This document shows, one piece after another, positions 27,601 through 36,300 of a stretch of DNA of 64,000 nt. How positions within the stretch are numbered: the stretch's first letter is position 1; each line of letters starts with the position of its first letter. This DNA is from Bacteriovoracia bacterium (GTDB lineage: Bacteria; Bdellovibrionota; UBA1018; JBFWNL01): the NCBI GenBank assembly GCA_050251055.1, contig JBFWNL010000003.1:160001-224000 (forward strand), written 5' to 3'. The notes beneath the pieces are model-generated. The model made no database searches, was not told the DNA's origin, and was given only the letters and a program-made list of their open reading frames with translations. The translations under genes were made by a program, and so were the position numbers.

Positions 27601-28047
27601 GTATACGTGCGCATAGATCGCGATCGTGCGAGGTTTATAGCACTCCCGGATCACGTCTCGGCAGCTCGGCAGCGGAGTATTGGGATCGTTATCGCAGCCA
27701 GGATTGCCGCAGAACTCGGGAAAGAGTTCGCGGGTGGTTGGATCGGCGCAGATCGGCACGGAAGGAAAGCTCGTCGGACCGGGCCCGCCCGGACCCGCTC
27801 CTCCGCCGCCACCGCCGCCTCCCGAAGTGATGCCAGTAATACCGCCGCCGCCTTCCTCGCAGTCGGTGGGCAGGGGGCCGCCTTGCTGACGCCGGCATTC
27901 GCAGTACGAGGGAAAAGGGCCAGAGCCGCCGAACGGGGCTTCGCCCGGAATCACGCCTCCATCAATATAGACGTCACAGCGAGGATCCACGCTCGCAAGC
28001 GCGGCGTGAGACACGAGCAACCCTAAGGCGAATAAAACGTACTTCAT
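24682..28047 (-). CDS. Large secreted Cys/Pro/Gly-rich protein, putative adhesin with beta-sandwich domains
   Basis: Sec signal MKYVLFALGLLVSHAALA, poly-Gly linker, many Cys pairs, beta-rich modules each preceded by a CP/CQP motif. First gene of the operon. Confidence 0.7.
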   Translation of the reverse strand: MKYVLFALGLLVSHAALASVDPRCDVYIDGGVIPGEAPFGGSGPFPSYCECRRQQGGPLPTDCEEGGGGITGITSGGGGGGGGAGPGGPGPTSFPSVPICADPTTRELFPEFCGNPGCDNDPNTPLPSCRDVIRECYKPRTIAIYAHVYAATGGAPVRTAIVCQNSQDPIDRKYLDAQREQQIWSHLQHGLTGPWFEQFIQPDRTDVPACGDDVNPNRVLDVKVGEGVRLFALQLAACSSFQSDHTCANILRACQLDANGNCAGGNGYVLDAQASSEWNRGRMAWGAMENPAQDIESVGGGSVRGSFVFEPTAVRYRCDSPSNPALCECPREGERYNPTFGIIAGSNPPKWEITCKPSPSNYGVTQHPNIPSTGELYVNVLPTSPQRQGWGWTGTGEQDMGPRVWRVSRRIYDRITDGADILNQSGTIVKRQLLEFQSLNAIERGSVRFYLRIFPECQPENLALSPQPNQVWGGASSVAQASFSVAAPSSAEIPWGCGQNRFQYDVASGVQGSLGSYTPGPQFSDSFAVDRVINPGEAGQSLSVSAVWAALAFPAANPSGPAPAGDYQLRVRWTPYSALGPWPALTPEFAQYVGRETTAVVQVRACPAPQELYSQLTLAVNPASPTAIIEAGAAQFTIQGTVNAQYQSLPASCDYRVQIRRSAAGGDRVLRRVSNGQYTGVNWEAAAPRGSAVTVASYLTHSPNLPTPPPTALSTAVAADSDLAYGDHGYYARVTLGAQSRDSSTATVRIAAASCPRLNFNSFTFTPPTIPESGAQAVTQVSATGQFASTPPAACFPYAVQMSWPGRGVVYSASVPNAQAPLAWSFALSINGNQPTLPVHVPNVSPGTYALEFRSQSNPSAGTPVVGTRTANLTVEAVTAACPANWPWIHSFDPIGPITPDFPDGSPYVRTISWAQFTGQISRIHSITIEGLTPTAPIQSSGGQWFGGRYVGDSYLSGVAYPEQVFPEVFATVPTGCRPERIELAYKAPGQSQFQPFDPHNPGFAYPGVVYGPSQGGCASQFGGANCFVWGGANTTVAYHRDDGVVTPGSTPGNYYFLWTEPGLYEVSARVMSANGQSLREGRYFIRIGDPGQTQTVILSMDEEVDMMIGAPNRRFGLTNN

Positions 28048-28073
28048 GATTTTCCCCCAACCTTTAGAAAATT

Positions 28074-28157
28074 TTTCCAGCCGGAAGTTGATGACCGTTA
28101 TTGGGGCAAGGGCTAATTGGGCTCTGGGATTAGGCTCAGTCAACTTCCGGCTGGAAA
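28074..28157. repeat. Perfect 18-bp inverted repeat with 48-bp spacer in operon leader
   Basis: TTTCCAGCCGGAAGTTGA (28074-28091) and TCAACTTCCGGCTGGAAA (28140-28157). Confidence 0.85.
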
Positions 28158-28244
28158 TTTAGGAAGACCGATCGCAAGTATCCGTTTCCGTCTTTTCAAA
28201 CCCCTCCGGGTTTTCGGGCTTCCTTGTTTAAGAGCATATGACGC

Positions 28245-28389
28245 GATGCATTTTTTATCAAGTATTTTTTTAAATTTTGTTTATTATTATTTTTAAAAAT
28301 TAAATAAAATTTAAATATTTCAAATATTTAATAAACAAAATGAATCAAATATTTTACTTTTTTTATATTTTTTGTTAATCTATTAAAAG
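28245..28389. promoter_or_regulatory. Extremely AT-rich divergent promoter region
   Basis: Almost pure A/T. Contains a 13-bp inverted repeat ATTTTGTTTATTA / TAATAAACAAAAT and three AAATATTT palindromes. Confidence 0.7.
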
Positions 28390-29220
28390 ATGAAACCGGA
28401 AGGAACTCCCCAGCTTTTCAAATACCATGACTATCGGGAGTTCCTGCGCGATTGGATTTCGCATCGACGAAACGCCCAGGGCGATACGGCAGCGGCCATC
28501 GCCCAGCGCGCGAAGCTGACGCCGGCATATCTTTCCATGGTTCTCCAAGGGAAGCGCCCCTTCACCCGAAGTGCAATCAAAAAGCTTCTTCCCCACCTTG
28601 GCCTGCCCGAAGCCCATTGGGACTTTCTCTTAGCCCTTTGGCAGCTTGCCGATGGCCGCACCCCGGCTTCGCGCACGGCCGCGCTCAAACGCATTCAGAA
28701 GTCACTCACCTACCGCCAAGAGAACCCTTCCGAGTTCGAGGTTTTCCAGTTCCTGAGCCATCCTCTATATCCGGTTTTGCGGGAGATCGCCGGCGTGCAA
28801 GGCTTTCGCGCCGACGCGCGCTGGATTCAAAAAAAATGTCGACAAAAAGCCAGCCCCAAGGAAATCGAAGCGGCGCTACAGTTCCTGGTGAAGCACGGAT
28901 TCCTTTTGGAAAAGGACGGCAAGATTCAGTATCCGGAAAAACCGCTTCGCTGTGCGGATCGCGTGTTTCGTCTGGCCTCGGCCGAATACCATCGCTTGCT
29001 CCACGAGCAAGCCGTCCGAGCGATTTACGATCTGCCCCACGAAGAAAAAAAGATGCGCGCGCAGACGATCGGGGTATCTCGCGAGACATTCGAAAAGGTG
29101 AAGGACCGTATCGACGCGTTCATGGATGAAATTTTCGCGCTCACTACCGCCGAATCCAAGCGGGAATCCGTATACCACATCCAACTCAACGCCTTCTTAG
29201 CCACGGAGCCCGGAGAATGA
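28390..29220 (+). CDS. TIGR02147-family protein (HTH plus DUF4423-like), putative regulator
   Basis: LFKYHDYREFLRD start, HTH AYLSMVLQGKR, YPVLRE, second winged helix ALQFLVKHGFL, C-terminal VYHIQLNAF. Confidence 0.85.
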   Translation: MKPEGTPQLFKYHDYREFLRDWISHRRNAQGDTAAAIAQRAKLTPAYLSMVLQGKRPFTRSAIKKLLPHLGLPEAHWDFLLALWQLADGRTPASRTAALKRIQKSLTYRQENPSEFEVFQFLSHPLYPVLREIAGVQGFRADARWIQKKCRQKASPKEIEAALQFLVKHGFLLEKDGKIQYPEKPLRCADRVFRLASAEYHRLLHEQAVRAIYDLPHEEKKMRAQTIGVSRETFEKVKDRIDAFMDEIFALTTAESKRESVYHIQLNAFLATEPGE

Positions 29221-30284
29221 ACGCCTTTCGTTTCTACGTGGCATTTTCACTCGCGCTCGTCACCGGATGCGGGGCTCGTTTTCATCAGGTCGTCGAATCC
29301 AAATTCTACGTGCTCACGGCCGGAATCAATTTCATCACGATTTATGCGAATCCTTACCACGGGGACGGGCTGCGCCTCGCCACCCACTACACCAAGGAAG
29401 ACCTGGGACTCACCTACCTCTATCCCTACGTGGCCTTATTTGACCCATTACATCAGTTCATTTACATCCCCAACCGAACGGGCAACCAACTTCTGAGTTA
29501 TCAACTTAACTCCGATCTAGGCACGCTTTTACCGGTATCATCTCTGACTGTTTCCAATCCGCGCGGTCTCGTCGCCGACTCTAGCTTCACCCACCTGTAT
29601 GCGAGCTATGGCGGTCCCGGAGGAATCCAGCCCGTGAGTTTAGACCGGGCGACGGGGGCCATGGAAACCCAAGGCTTTGGCGTGCTCGCTACTTCATCCC
29701 AGGAAATGCTGATTAGCCCTAACGAAAGATTCGTATTTACCCACGCCGCGCAGACCGGTCAAATGTATGTGTTTCTGCGCAATGCGACCACGGGCAACCT
29801 CTCTTCTGGAAGCAACGCCTACGATTTCGGAACCGGAGCAGCCCGCAACTTTGCATTTTCAGACGATGGAACCCAGCTGGTGGTAGCCGACAGCATCCTG
29901 AACAAAGTCTACCTGATGGACATCCACCCTGACTTAGGCACCTTGAGTCTTCGGCAAACAATTTCCTTAACGGAACCCAAGGATGTCATTCGCTGCGGGC
30001 CCAACCGCGATTTTTACGTCAGCGGGCCACAAAACCTATGGCGCTACACCTTAGCCGACGGAGTACTCACCCAAGCCCAAGCCCTCGTCATGCCGGGCAC
30101 GCTTTCCCGCTTAGGATGTAGACCGGATTCCGCCGCGCTCTTTGCCGTCATGACGGGTGGCGTGGCGAACGAGATTGTCACTTTCGGCTTCGTGGAAAAC
30201 GGCGACGCCTACCCAATGTCTTACGTGACCATCCCCACGACCACCTACACACCAGAAGTACTCACCGTCATGCGCGGACGGTAA
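29217..30284 (+). CDS. Lactonase-family 7-bladed beta-propeller lipoprotein
   Basis: Lipobox LVTGC, repeated blades ending in D/NxxxGxL. ATGA-coupled to the TIGR02147 gene. Confidence 0.75.
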   Translation: MNAFRFYVAFSLALVTGCGARFHQVVESKFYVLTAGINFITIYANPYHGDGLRLATHYTKEDLGLTYLYPYVALFDPLHQFIYIPNRTGNQLLSYQLNSDLGTLLPVSSLTVSNPRGLVADSSFTHLYASYGGPGGIQPVSLDRATGAMETQGFGVLATSSQEMLISPNERFVFTHAAQTGQMYVFLRNATTGNLSSGSNAYDFGTGAARNFAFSDDGTQLVVADSILNKVYLMDIHPDLGTLSLRQTISLTEPKDVIRCGPNRDFYVSGPQNLWRYTLADGVLTQAQALVMPGTLSRLGCRPDSAALFAVMTGGVANEIVTFGFVENGDAYPMSYVTIPTTTYTPEVLTVMRGR

Positions 30285-30316
30285 AAAAAAACCGCCCTCG
30301 CTTGCGCGAAGGCGGT
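30283..30316 (-). terminator. Rho-independent terminator (possibly bidirectional)
   Basis: ACCGCCCTCG...CGAAGGCGGT stem preceded by an A-run, which is a U-tract on the minus strand. Lies between convergent genes. Confidence 0.75.
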
Positions 30317-30348
30317 CTACATGAACATCTTTTACTTTTAGACGTCGA

Positions 30349-31005
30349 TTAGCGGCAAGCGTTGAGCGGCGTACGCGAGAACATCACGCCGTTAACGTCG
30401 TAGTTAGCCATCGCGGCCGTGCCACCGTCACGATCCACCAGGCGGGCCGTGTACTGCGTACGATCACCGTAGTAGTGATCTTCCACGTCTTGGTAGCCGT
30501 AGCGGGTAACGTCCACCCAGTAGCACTCGCGGCCATAGCGCGGGTGATAGCGGCAGACGTATTCCGAAATCGTGTAAGAGCAGGAGACCACGCGGCGTTC
30601 GCGGCGGTCTTCGTTTACGCGAGCGACCACGTCAAAAGCTAAGCCCACGGTTTGGCCCGTGTCGCCAGCATTCATACGCACGTTCTCGAGGCCGAGTACA
30701 ACGTCACGACCGGCCAGGTTCTTCACGATCGTGAGCGGCTGGTTGCCCAAATTGAACTCGATTTTCTTTCCGCTGCCGAGCTTCAGCAACATTCCGGACT
30801 GCACTTCCCCGTTCTTTTTCTTCGTGGCGAACTGCACTTGGCCCGTGGTCGGCCCAACCGGCAACACGACGGTTTTCTTCTTGGAATCCGTAAACGTAAT
30901 CGCCTGCTTCACTTCGAAACCGGTCAAAGGATCCAGTTCGGTCTTATCGCAAGCGGTGGTAACCAAAGCGGCGGCCACCAAAATCCCCAGGTGATTGATC
31001 TTCAT
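30349..31005 (-). CDS. Hypothetical lipoprotein, paralog of 16572..17225
   Basis: Lipobox TTAC, GGGAGG RBS before ATG 31005. Shared motifs FEVKQ, SKKK, PVGP, EVQS, GRDV, GYQxVExHYxG, terminal ACR. Confidence 0.8.
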   Translation of the reverse strand: MKINHLGILVAAALVTTACDKTELDPLTGFEVKQAITFTDSKKKTVVLPVGPTTGQVQFATKKKNGEVQSGMLLKLGSGKKIEFNLGNQPLTIVKNLAGRDVVLGLENVRMNAGDTGQTVGLAFDVVARVNEDRRERRVVSCSYTISEYVCRYHPRYGRECYWVDVTRYGYQDVEDHYYGDRTQYTARLVDRDGGTAAMANYDVNGVMFSRTPLNACR

Positions 31006-31141
31006 AACTTCCTCCCTTTTGTGGCCCTGTCTTGCCATATTAATGACGCAGAAGGAAAGAAAAGAGACCCGCCTCTAGAATTATTAATAACGCGATAGGT
31101 CATTCACCTCTGTATTTGGAATCACCGAAAAGAAAGACGCG

Positions 31142-32086
31142 ATGGCACGCTTCGATCAATTTCGACTTGTTGCGTTATTTATTTACTCATTCACCTGGGT
31201 AAATTTCGTCCAGGGTTCACCAGCTCAAGCCAATGTATTGGGATGCATCACCGATCGCCTCGAAGGGCACCTTGCCCCGGCTGCATCCGGAGTCATCACC
31301 CCTAAGCAAGGCCTTCTCGGAAAACAAAACCTCTCGCCCCGTTCCCCCGAACTTCGTTTTTGGATGAGCACCATCGACGGCCTAAGAAATTTCAATGACT
31401 TCCCGACGATTCACCCCACGGAAATCGTGGACTCCCGGGCTCTTCCCGACTTAGGTGGAATCGGAAACAAAGAAGTGCGCGAGGCGAGTTACCAAGGAAA
31501 AAAAGTATTCGTCAAGGTGATGGACCCGGCTACCCGCACGGAATCGCGCGCCCTGAACGAAGCCCGAATGACGATGATGCTTAACAAATTCGGACTCGGG
31601 CCCGAGTTCAAAGGAATCATGCGCACCGAAAGCGGTGACCTCGCCATCGTCACCGAACTGATCGATAAAGCCGTGGCCTTCAAACCCCAACGCCCAGACG
31701 CCCTACCCGAGAATTTCGTCGTAAAAGCTTCGCACCTCCAGGAGATCCGCGAAGCCGGGCAACGCCTGGAGGCGGCCGGAATCCGCTACACGCCCGATAT
31801 GCAGTTTATGCTGACGCCTGATGGACATGCGGTGCTAATCGATTGCGAATATTTCGCCCGGGAAATACCGGCCAATCCCCCGACCGACCTGCCCTATGAT
31901 CCGGTGAAAAACACCGAGTTCATTGCCGATCGCCTGCGCGAATGGGCTCGGCGACACCGGGGTGACGCGATCACCGAGGCGCCGGAAAAGTCCTCGCCAG
32001 CACCCCGTCTGATTCTTCCCGGCGCGTCCCCACCACCATCGCCGCTTCTCAGCCGGCCGGTGGAAATCATCTTCGCCCCTCGCTAG
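31142..32086 (+). CDS. Exported protein-kinase-like fold protein
   Basis: Hydrophobic N-terminus ending AQA, Gly loop GGIGN, VFVK lysine, helix-C NEA, IVTELI hinge, PDMQF, LIDCE. Confidence 0.55.
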   Translation: MARFDQFRLVALFIYSFTWVNFVQGSPAQANVLGCITDRLEGHLAPAASGVITPKQGLLGKQNLSPRSPELRFWMSTIDGLRNFNDFPTIHPTEIVDSRALPDLGGIGNKEVREASYQGKKVFVKVMDPATRTESRALNEARMTMMLNKFGLGPEFKGIMRTESGDLAIVTELIDKAVAFKPQRPDALPENFVVKASHLQEIREAGQRLEAAGIRYTPDMQFMLTPDGHAVLIDCEYFAREIPANPPTDLPYDPVKNTEFIADRLREWARRHRGDAITEAPEKSSPAPRLILPGASPPPSPLLSRPVEIIFAPR

Positions 32087-33237
32087 CGTTTCAAACGGCC
32101 CAAGATCTCGGCCGCCCGATCCAGCTCAGCTTCGGTGTTGTAGACATGGGGACTGACGCGCAGGCAGGCGCTGTCACGAAACGGCGCGATCATGATTTGC
32201 AATCGGTGCTCCTGATAAATTTTTTGCATCAGGTGGAATCCCTGGGTCGCTAGCTCGGCCGGCAGCTCGTACGCCAACAAAGGACCGCGCCTTGCGCCCG
32301 CGGGGGGAGAAAGCTTGCGCCAGCCCAGTTTTTCGTCGAGCCGTCGCTCGAGGTGCGCCTGTAATGCGTAGAGACGCGCGCGGATCTGATCCCCGCCATG
32401 GCGTCGCCAAAACGCGAGCGTGTCGCGGATGCCGAAAAACGGCGCGAAGTCATAGCAAGCCGACATCAGCATGCGCGCCTGAAAAAGATCACCCCCGCCA
32501 AATGCCGCGAACGGGCCGGGAATCTCGAACGTCGTCCAGCCGCCATACGTCGATTTCACGCGCGCGCGGTTACGCTTCGGGATCCAGCCAAACGACGTGC
32601 CCTTCGGCGCCATTACCCATTTGTGCAAATTGCCGCCATAGCAATCGACGTCTTCGAGCCGCGTAAAATCCAGCGCGAGCGCACCGGGCGAGTGGGCGCC
32701 GTCGACCGCGAAGAGCACCCCCCGCTCCCGGGTCACGCGCGCGATCTGCTCGACGGGTAGCACCTGGCCGTTGCCGGTAATGATGTGGCTGAGCACGAGC
32801 AGGCTCGTCTCCGGCTTGAGTTCTTGCTTCACGAGCGCCACCGGATCAGCGCAATCATTCGGCAGGTGAAACCGTCGGAGCTTGAGTCCGCCCTGCTCGG
32901 CCTTCAACCGACAGAGGTTGGCGATCGCTCCGTATTCGACGTCGCTGAGCAAGATCTCGCTCCCCTTTGGCAACTCCACTCCGAGAATGAAGGCGTTCAT
33001 GACCAGCGTGATATTCGGGCGAAGAAAGAGATCCTGGGGATCGGCCTTTAGAAACTGGGCCAGGTCGACCTGCGTTTCCCAAAGTTTCCCCCAAGCGGCG
33101 AAGAGCTCGGCCGTGGGGTTGCGCTCGAATTCACGTTGGTACCGGGTCACGGCGGCGGTGACCTCACGCGGGCAAATCGAATGTGTCCCCGAGTTCAGGT
33201 ACGTCAGGCTGGAATCCATCTCAAAATCTTCACGCAT
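32083..33237 (-). CDS. Class V PLP-dependent aminotransferase (isopenicillin N epimerase / cysteine desulfhydrase-like)
   Basis: YLNSG, VDGAH, NLHKW (PLP lysine), RVSPHVYN. Confidence 0.9.
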   Translation of the reverse strand: MREDFEMDSSLTYLNSGTHSICPREVTAAVTRYQREFERNPTAELFAAWGKLWETQVDLAQFLKADPQDLFLRPNITLVMNAFILGVELPKGSEILLSDVEYGAIANLCRLKAEQGGLKLRRFHLPNDCADPVALVKQELKPETSLLVLSHIITGNGQVLPVEQIARVTRERGVLFAVDGAHSPGALALDFTRLEDVDCYGGNLHKWVMAPKGTSFGWIPKRNRARVKSTYGGWTTFEIPGPFAAFGGGDLFQARMLMSACYDFAPFFGIRDTLAFWRRHGGDQIRARLYALQAHLERRLDEKLGWRKLSPPAGARRGPLLAYELPAELATQGFHLMQKIYQEHRLQIMIAPFRDSACLRVSPHVYNTEAELDRAAEILGRLKR

Positions 33238-33341
33238 ATAATGACCATTCTCCGCTTCCTACCGGACCAGGGGCCAGAAAATCTTATTTGACTCTAATTC
33301 TCAGTCTTGATACACCGCGTCATTAAGAGAGGGTAACATCT

Positions 33342-36300
33342 GTGCGGAGAGTCTTTTTTATCAATAAAAACAGGACATTAAACGCCAGATCAGGCGTCTT
33401 AGCCATCCTGCTTTTAGCTCTCACGAACCCCGCGCTCGCCAGTACCGTCGCCATTCCGCAAATCAGCCCCGGCTCGCCCGCCAATGACCTGGTTTACCAA
33501 GGCCGCGTCCTCGATCGAGACGAGGCCCTCGATCTGGCAAAAAAACGCCGCGTGGATCTCAGCCAGCTCGATCCCGAAGAGCACGATGCCTGGCAGGACC
33601 GGGCCTACGATTACTCTTCCGCCGCATGGGCCGATCTGCCCGGCGAAGGCGCGACCGTAGACTTTGATTCCTACCTCACGAGCACCAACGAGCTCTTCCG
33701 GTCACGCGCCCGCTTCATCCCCGATAGCGGCCCCTACGCCGGGGAAAACCGCATGCTCCGCGTGACGATCACGCTTGAAGGGCACGCCGCCATCATGCGC
33801 GCAGCGATGATGCGCGCCCTGGGCTACCCCGTGGCCCTCCCACGCAACTACCGTAACCTGACCTTCCGCTTCGTTGACAACGCCAAGCGCGACTCTTTCC
33901 TGAACGCGATGTCCGACGCCACCCATACCGCGCGCGATCGCTGGATCGTGAATCTCCCGGACAACCAACCGGAAGTGACATTGCGGGACGTGACCCTAGA
34001 ATCCGGCCAGGTGGATACCCCGCCTTATCACTGGGGGGTAATCACGAAGGACAAGATCCGCTCCCGCCGCTCCCTGCGCGCGATCCTACTACCCATTACG
34101 CTGCTGGATCTCTCCGAACGCATTAACTTGTATAGCTGGAATTATGCCGAAGTGACGAGCGGGCATCTGATCTTCAACCACCCGTTCGCCGAGAGTTTTT
34201 CCGAAGTCTCCCAGGACGACCTGAAGTGGATCGCGCGCAAGATCGCGCGCTTTACACGTCCGCAGCTGCAAGCGATCGTCAATGCGGGTCAGTACCCTGC
34301 CGATATCTCCGCCTTGATCTTAGAAAAACTGGTTTCGCGCCGAAATCAGATGGCCAAAGTGCTGGGCCTCAAAAAAGAGCGTGTCTCCGACTTACCCTTC
34401 AACGCCTCGTTGAACACCGGCGCGGTAAAGAACGGCAAACTCACGCAGTCGGCGTACCCTGGCTACGCGATGGAATTCGTCTATCCGGACCCGGAGTCGC
34501 CATTAAAGGCCGACGAGATCGCCCGCTTTGGCTTATTGGAAGGCATCACGTCCGCGCTGGCTCGCGGGGCGAGCGAGTTGAATGAAAAACTGCTAACGGT
34601 CCAGAGCGTACAGGACGTCGCCGAAAAACATCAGAAAGACACCCTGCAGCGAATCATCAACCACTACATGAGCAACCCGACCGAACCCTACCAAGAAACG
34701 GTACGGGCATGGGGCGGTCCCATCGGCGGATTCAATGTCAACGCCAGCCGCAACGTCGTTACCGGCACCTACTACGGCAGCGACGCGCAAGTTCAGCTGC
34801 TGGACAACGTCGCGGTCCAAGGAAGCATTGGTTACTATCTCGGTATCTCGGGCGTAGACAAGATGCTCCCGAGCGGCAGCGCGAACCTGAGCCTGCAGCG
34901 CAACTACCTTCATGTCCGCCCCGTGGGGGACATGAAGGAAGCCCTGAAAACCAAATGGAGCTGGTTATTCGTACCAAGCTTCTTCAAGCACCTGGACCGC
35001 CTGCTCGAGAAGGGCGCGAAGGTCGACGCCGACGGAAACGCCCAGGCATTTCTCGATAACCGCGAGCTAACGGAAACCGAGGCGACCGGTGAGCTCGACG
35101 ACTCCGAAAAGAACTTCAAAGCCTTCTTAGACGAGCTCAAGGAAGGCGAGATCTTCTCCGTGACCGACACGGTGCTCGCCGGCGCCCGCGCGCAGGTCAC
35201 CATCCCGCTGGCCTCGCTCTTGGGACTGGGACCGATTGGCTACGCAAACTCGATCGATATCAGTGGCGGCGTCACCGGCATGATCCTACGCCGCACGCTC
35301 TTCGTGCGGACGGAAGAAGGCATTCAAGTCTACTTGCAACGCGTGAATACGCGGTCAGCCGACATCGGCGTGGACCTGCGCTGGTGGATCACGCTCATGA
35401 GCTACAATCACACCTGGAAGCATTCCGAAGCCAAGACCAAGGCGTTCCTGCTCGACCAAGGCGAACGCACGCCGGAGCAATCCAAGAAACTCGTGATCGC
35501 GTTGCGGGCGCTCCTGCGTCGAAACAACGCCGAGGTCCTCGAGCAGGACTTCAAACCCTTCCGGCTGGATCACACGCTCGACGCCTCGATCGACAAATTC
35601 AAATTCCTCTTCTGGAGCTGGCACAACATCGAGGAAACCCACCTCGTGAAAGTGAAGCCGCCCGTGGATCCGCAGGATCGGTATAATCCAGACGATCACG
35701 TTCGTAGCCTGCTTTCTTACCGTATCGTGAAAGCAAACGGCGCCGACGGCTACTCTTTCGTTTCGGACGTCGTAAGCGAAGCGACCGAAGGCTGGGGGTT
35801 CAAAGGCAAGAGCGGAGGAAATCCCGCCAACTCGTTTTTGGGATCCGGCCGCTGGAGCGTTTACGCCTCCGAAAAGGAAACCACCCCCGGCCGCGACAAC
35901 CGGGCGGTAATCCGCGTGGAGCACCACTGGGGCGGCTGGCTCCTGCCGCGCAAGGAATTCTTCTCCATCGTCGAAGGCTTGGAGCGAAAAGCCGCGCCGC
36001 TAAACCTCGAGCGGCCACTCATCAACCGCGAAGTTTTCGGTCAGATGAAGCAGCTGCAGCTTTACGACATCCAGCAAATCCTCGTCGTGTACGACCAGGG
36101 CACCCAACGACTCCGCGATACCCTCTTTCAAGGTGGCCTGCGGGCGATCTACGACCGTCTCGTGGAGATCGCCGGCGGCCAAGCCGTCGTGGACGACTTT
36201 TGCGAGCGGGAGCGCATCGCGAGTATTGGCGAAAACTACTCCGCCTACAATGGTTACAGCGAAAAAGAAAACGGCAACCGGGTGCGCCTCAAATGCACGC

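Noticed and set aside
20138-28047. Prophage tail region
   Set aside because: Fibre-like motifs are present, but the proteins have export or pilin signals and there are no capsid, terminase, baseplate or integrase genes.
28160-28240. c-di-GMP riboswitch in the operon leader
   Set aside because: I could not find the GEMM GAAA tetraloop/receptor arrangement by eye. An Infernal search is needed to exclude it formally.
31040-33326. 10-bp GCGTCATTAA found upstream of both the 31005 and 33342 starts
   Set aside because: Too short, with different distances to the starts and no matching second element. It cannot be separated from chance without a genome scan.
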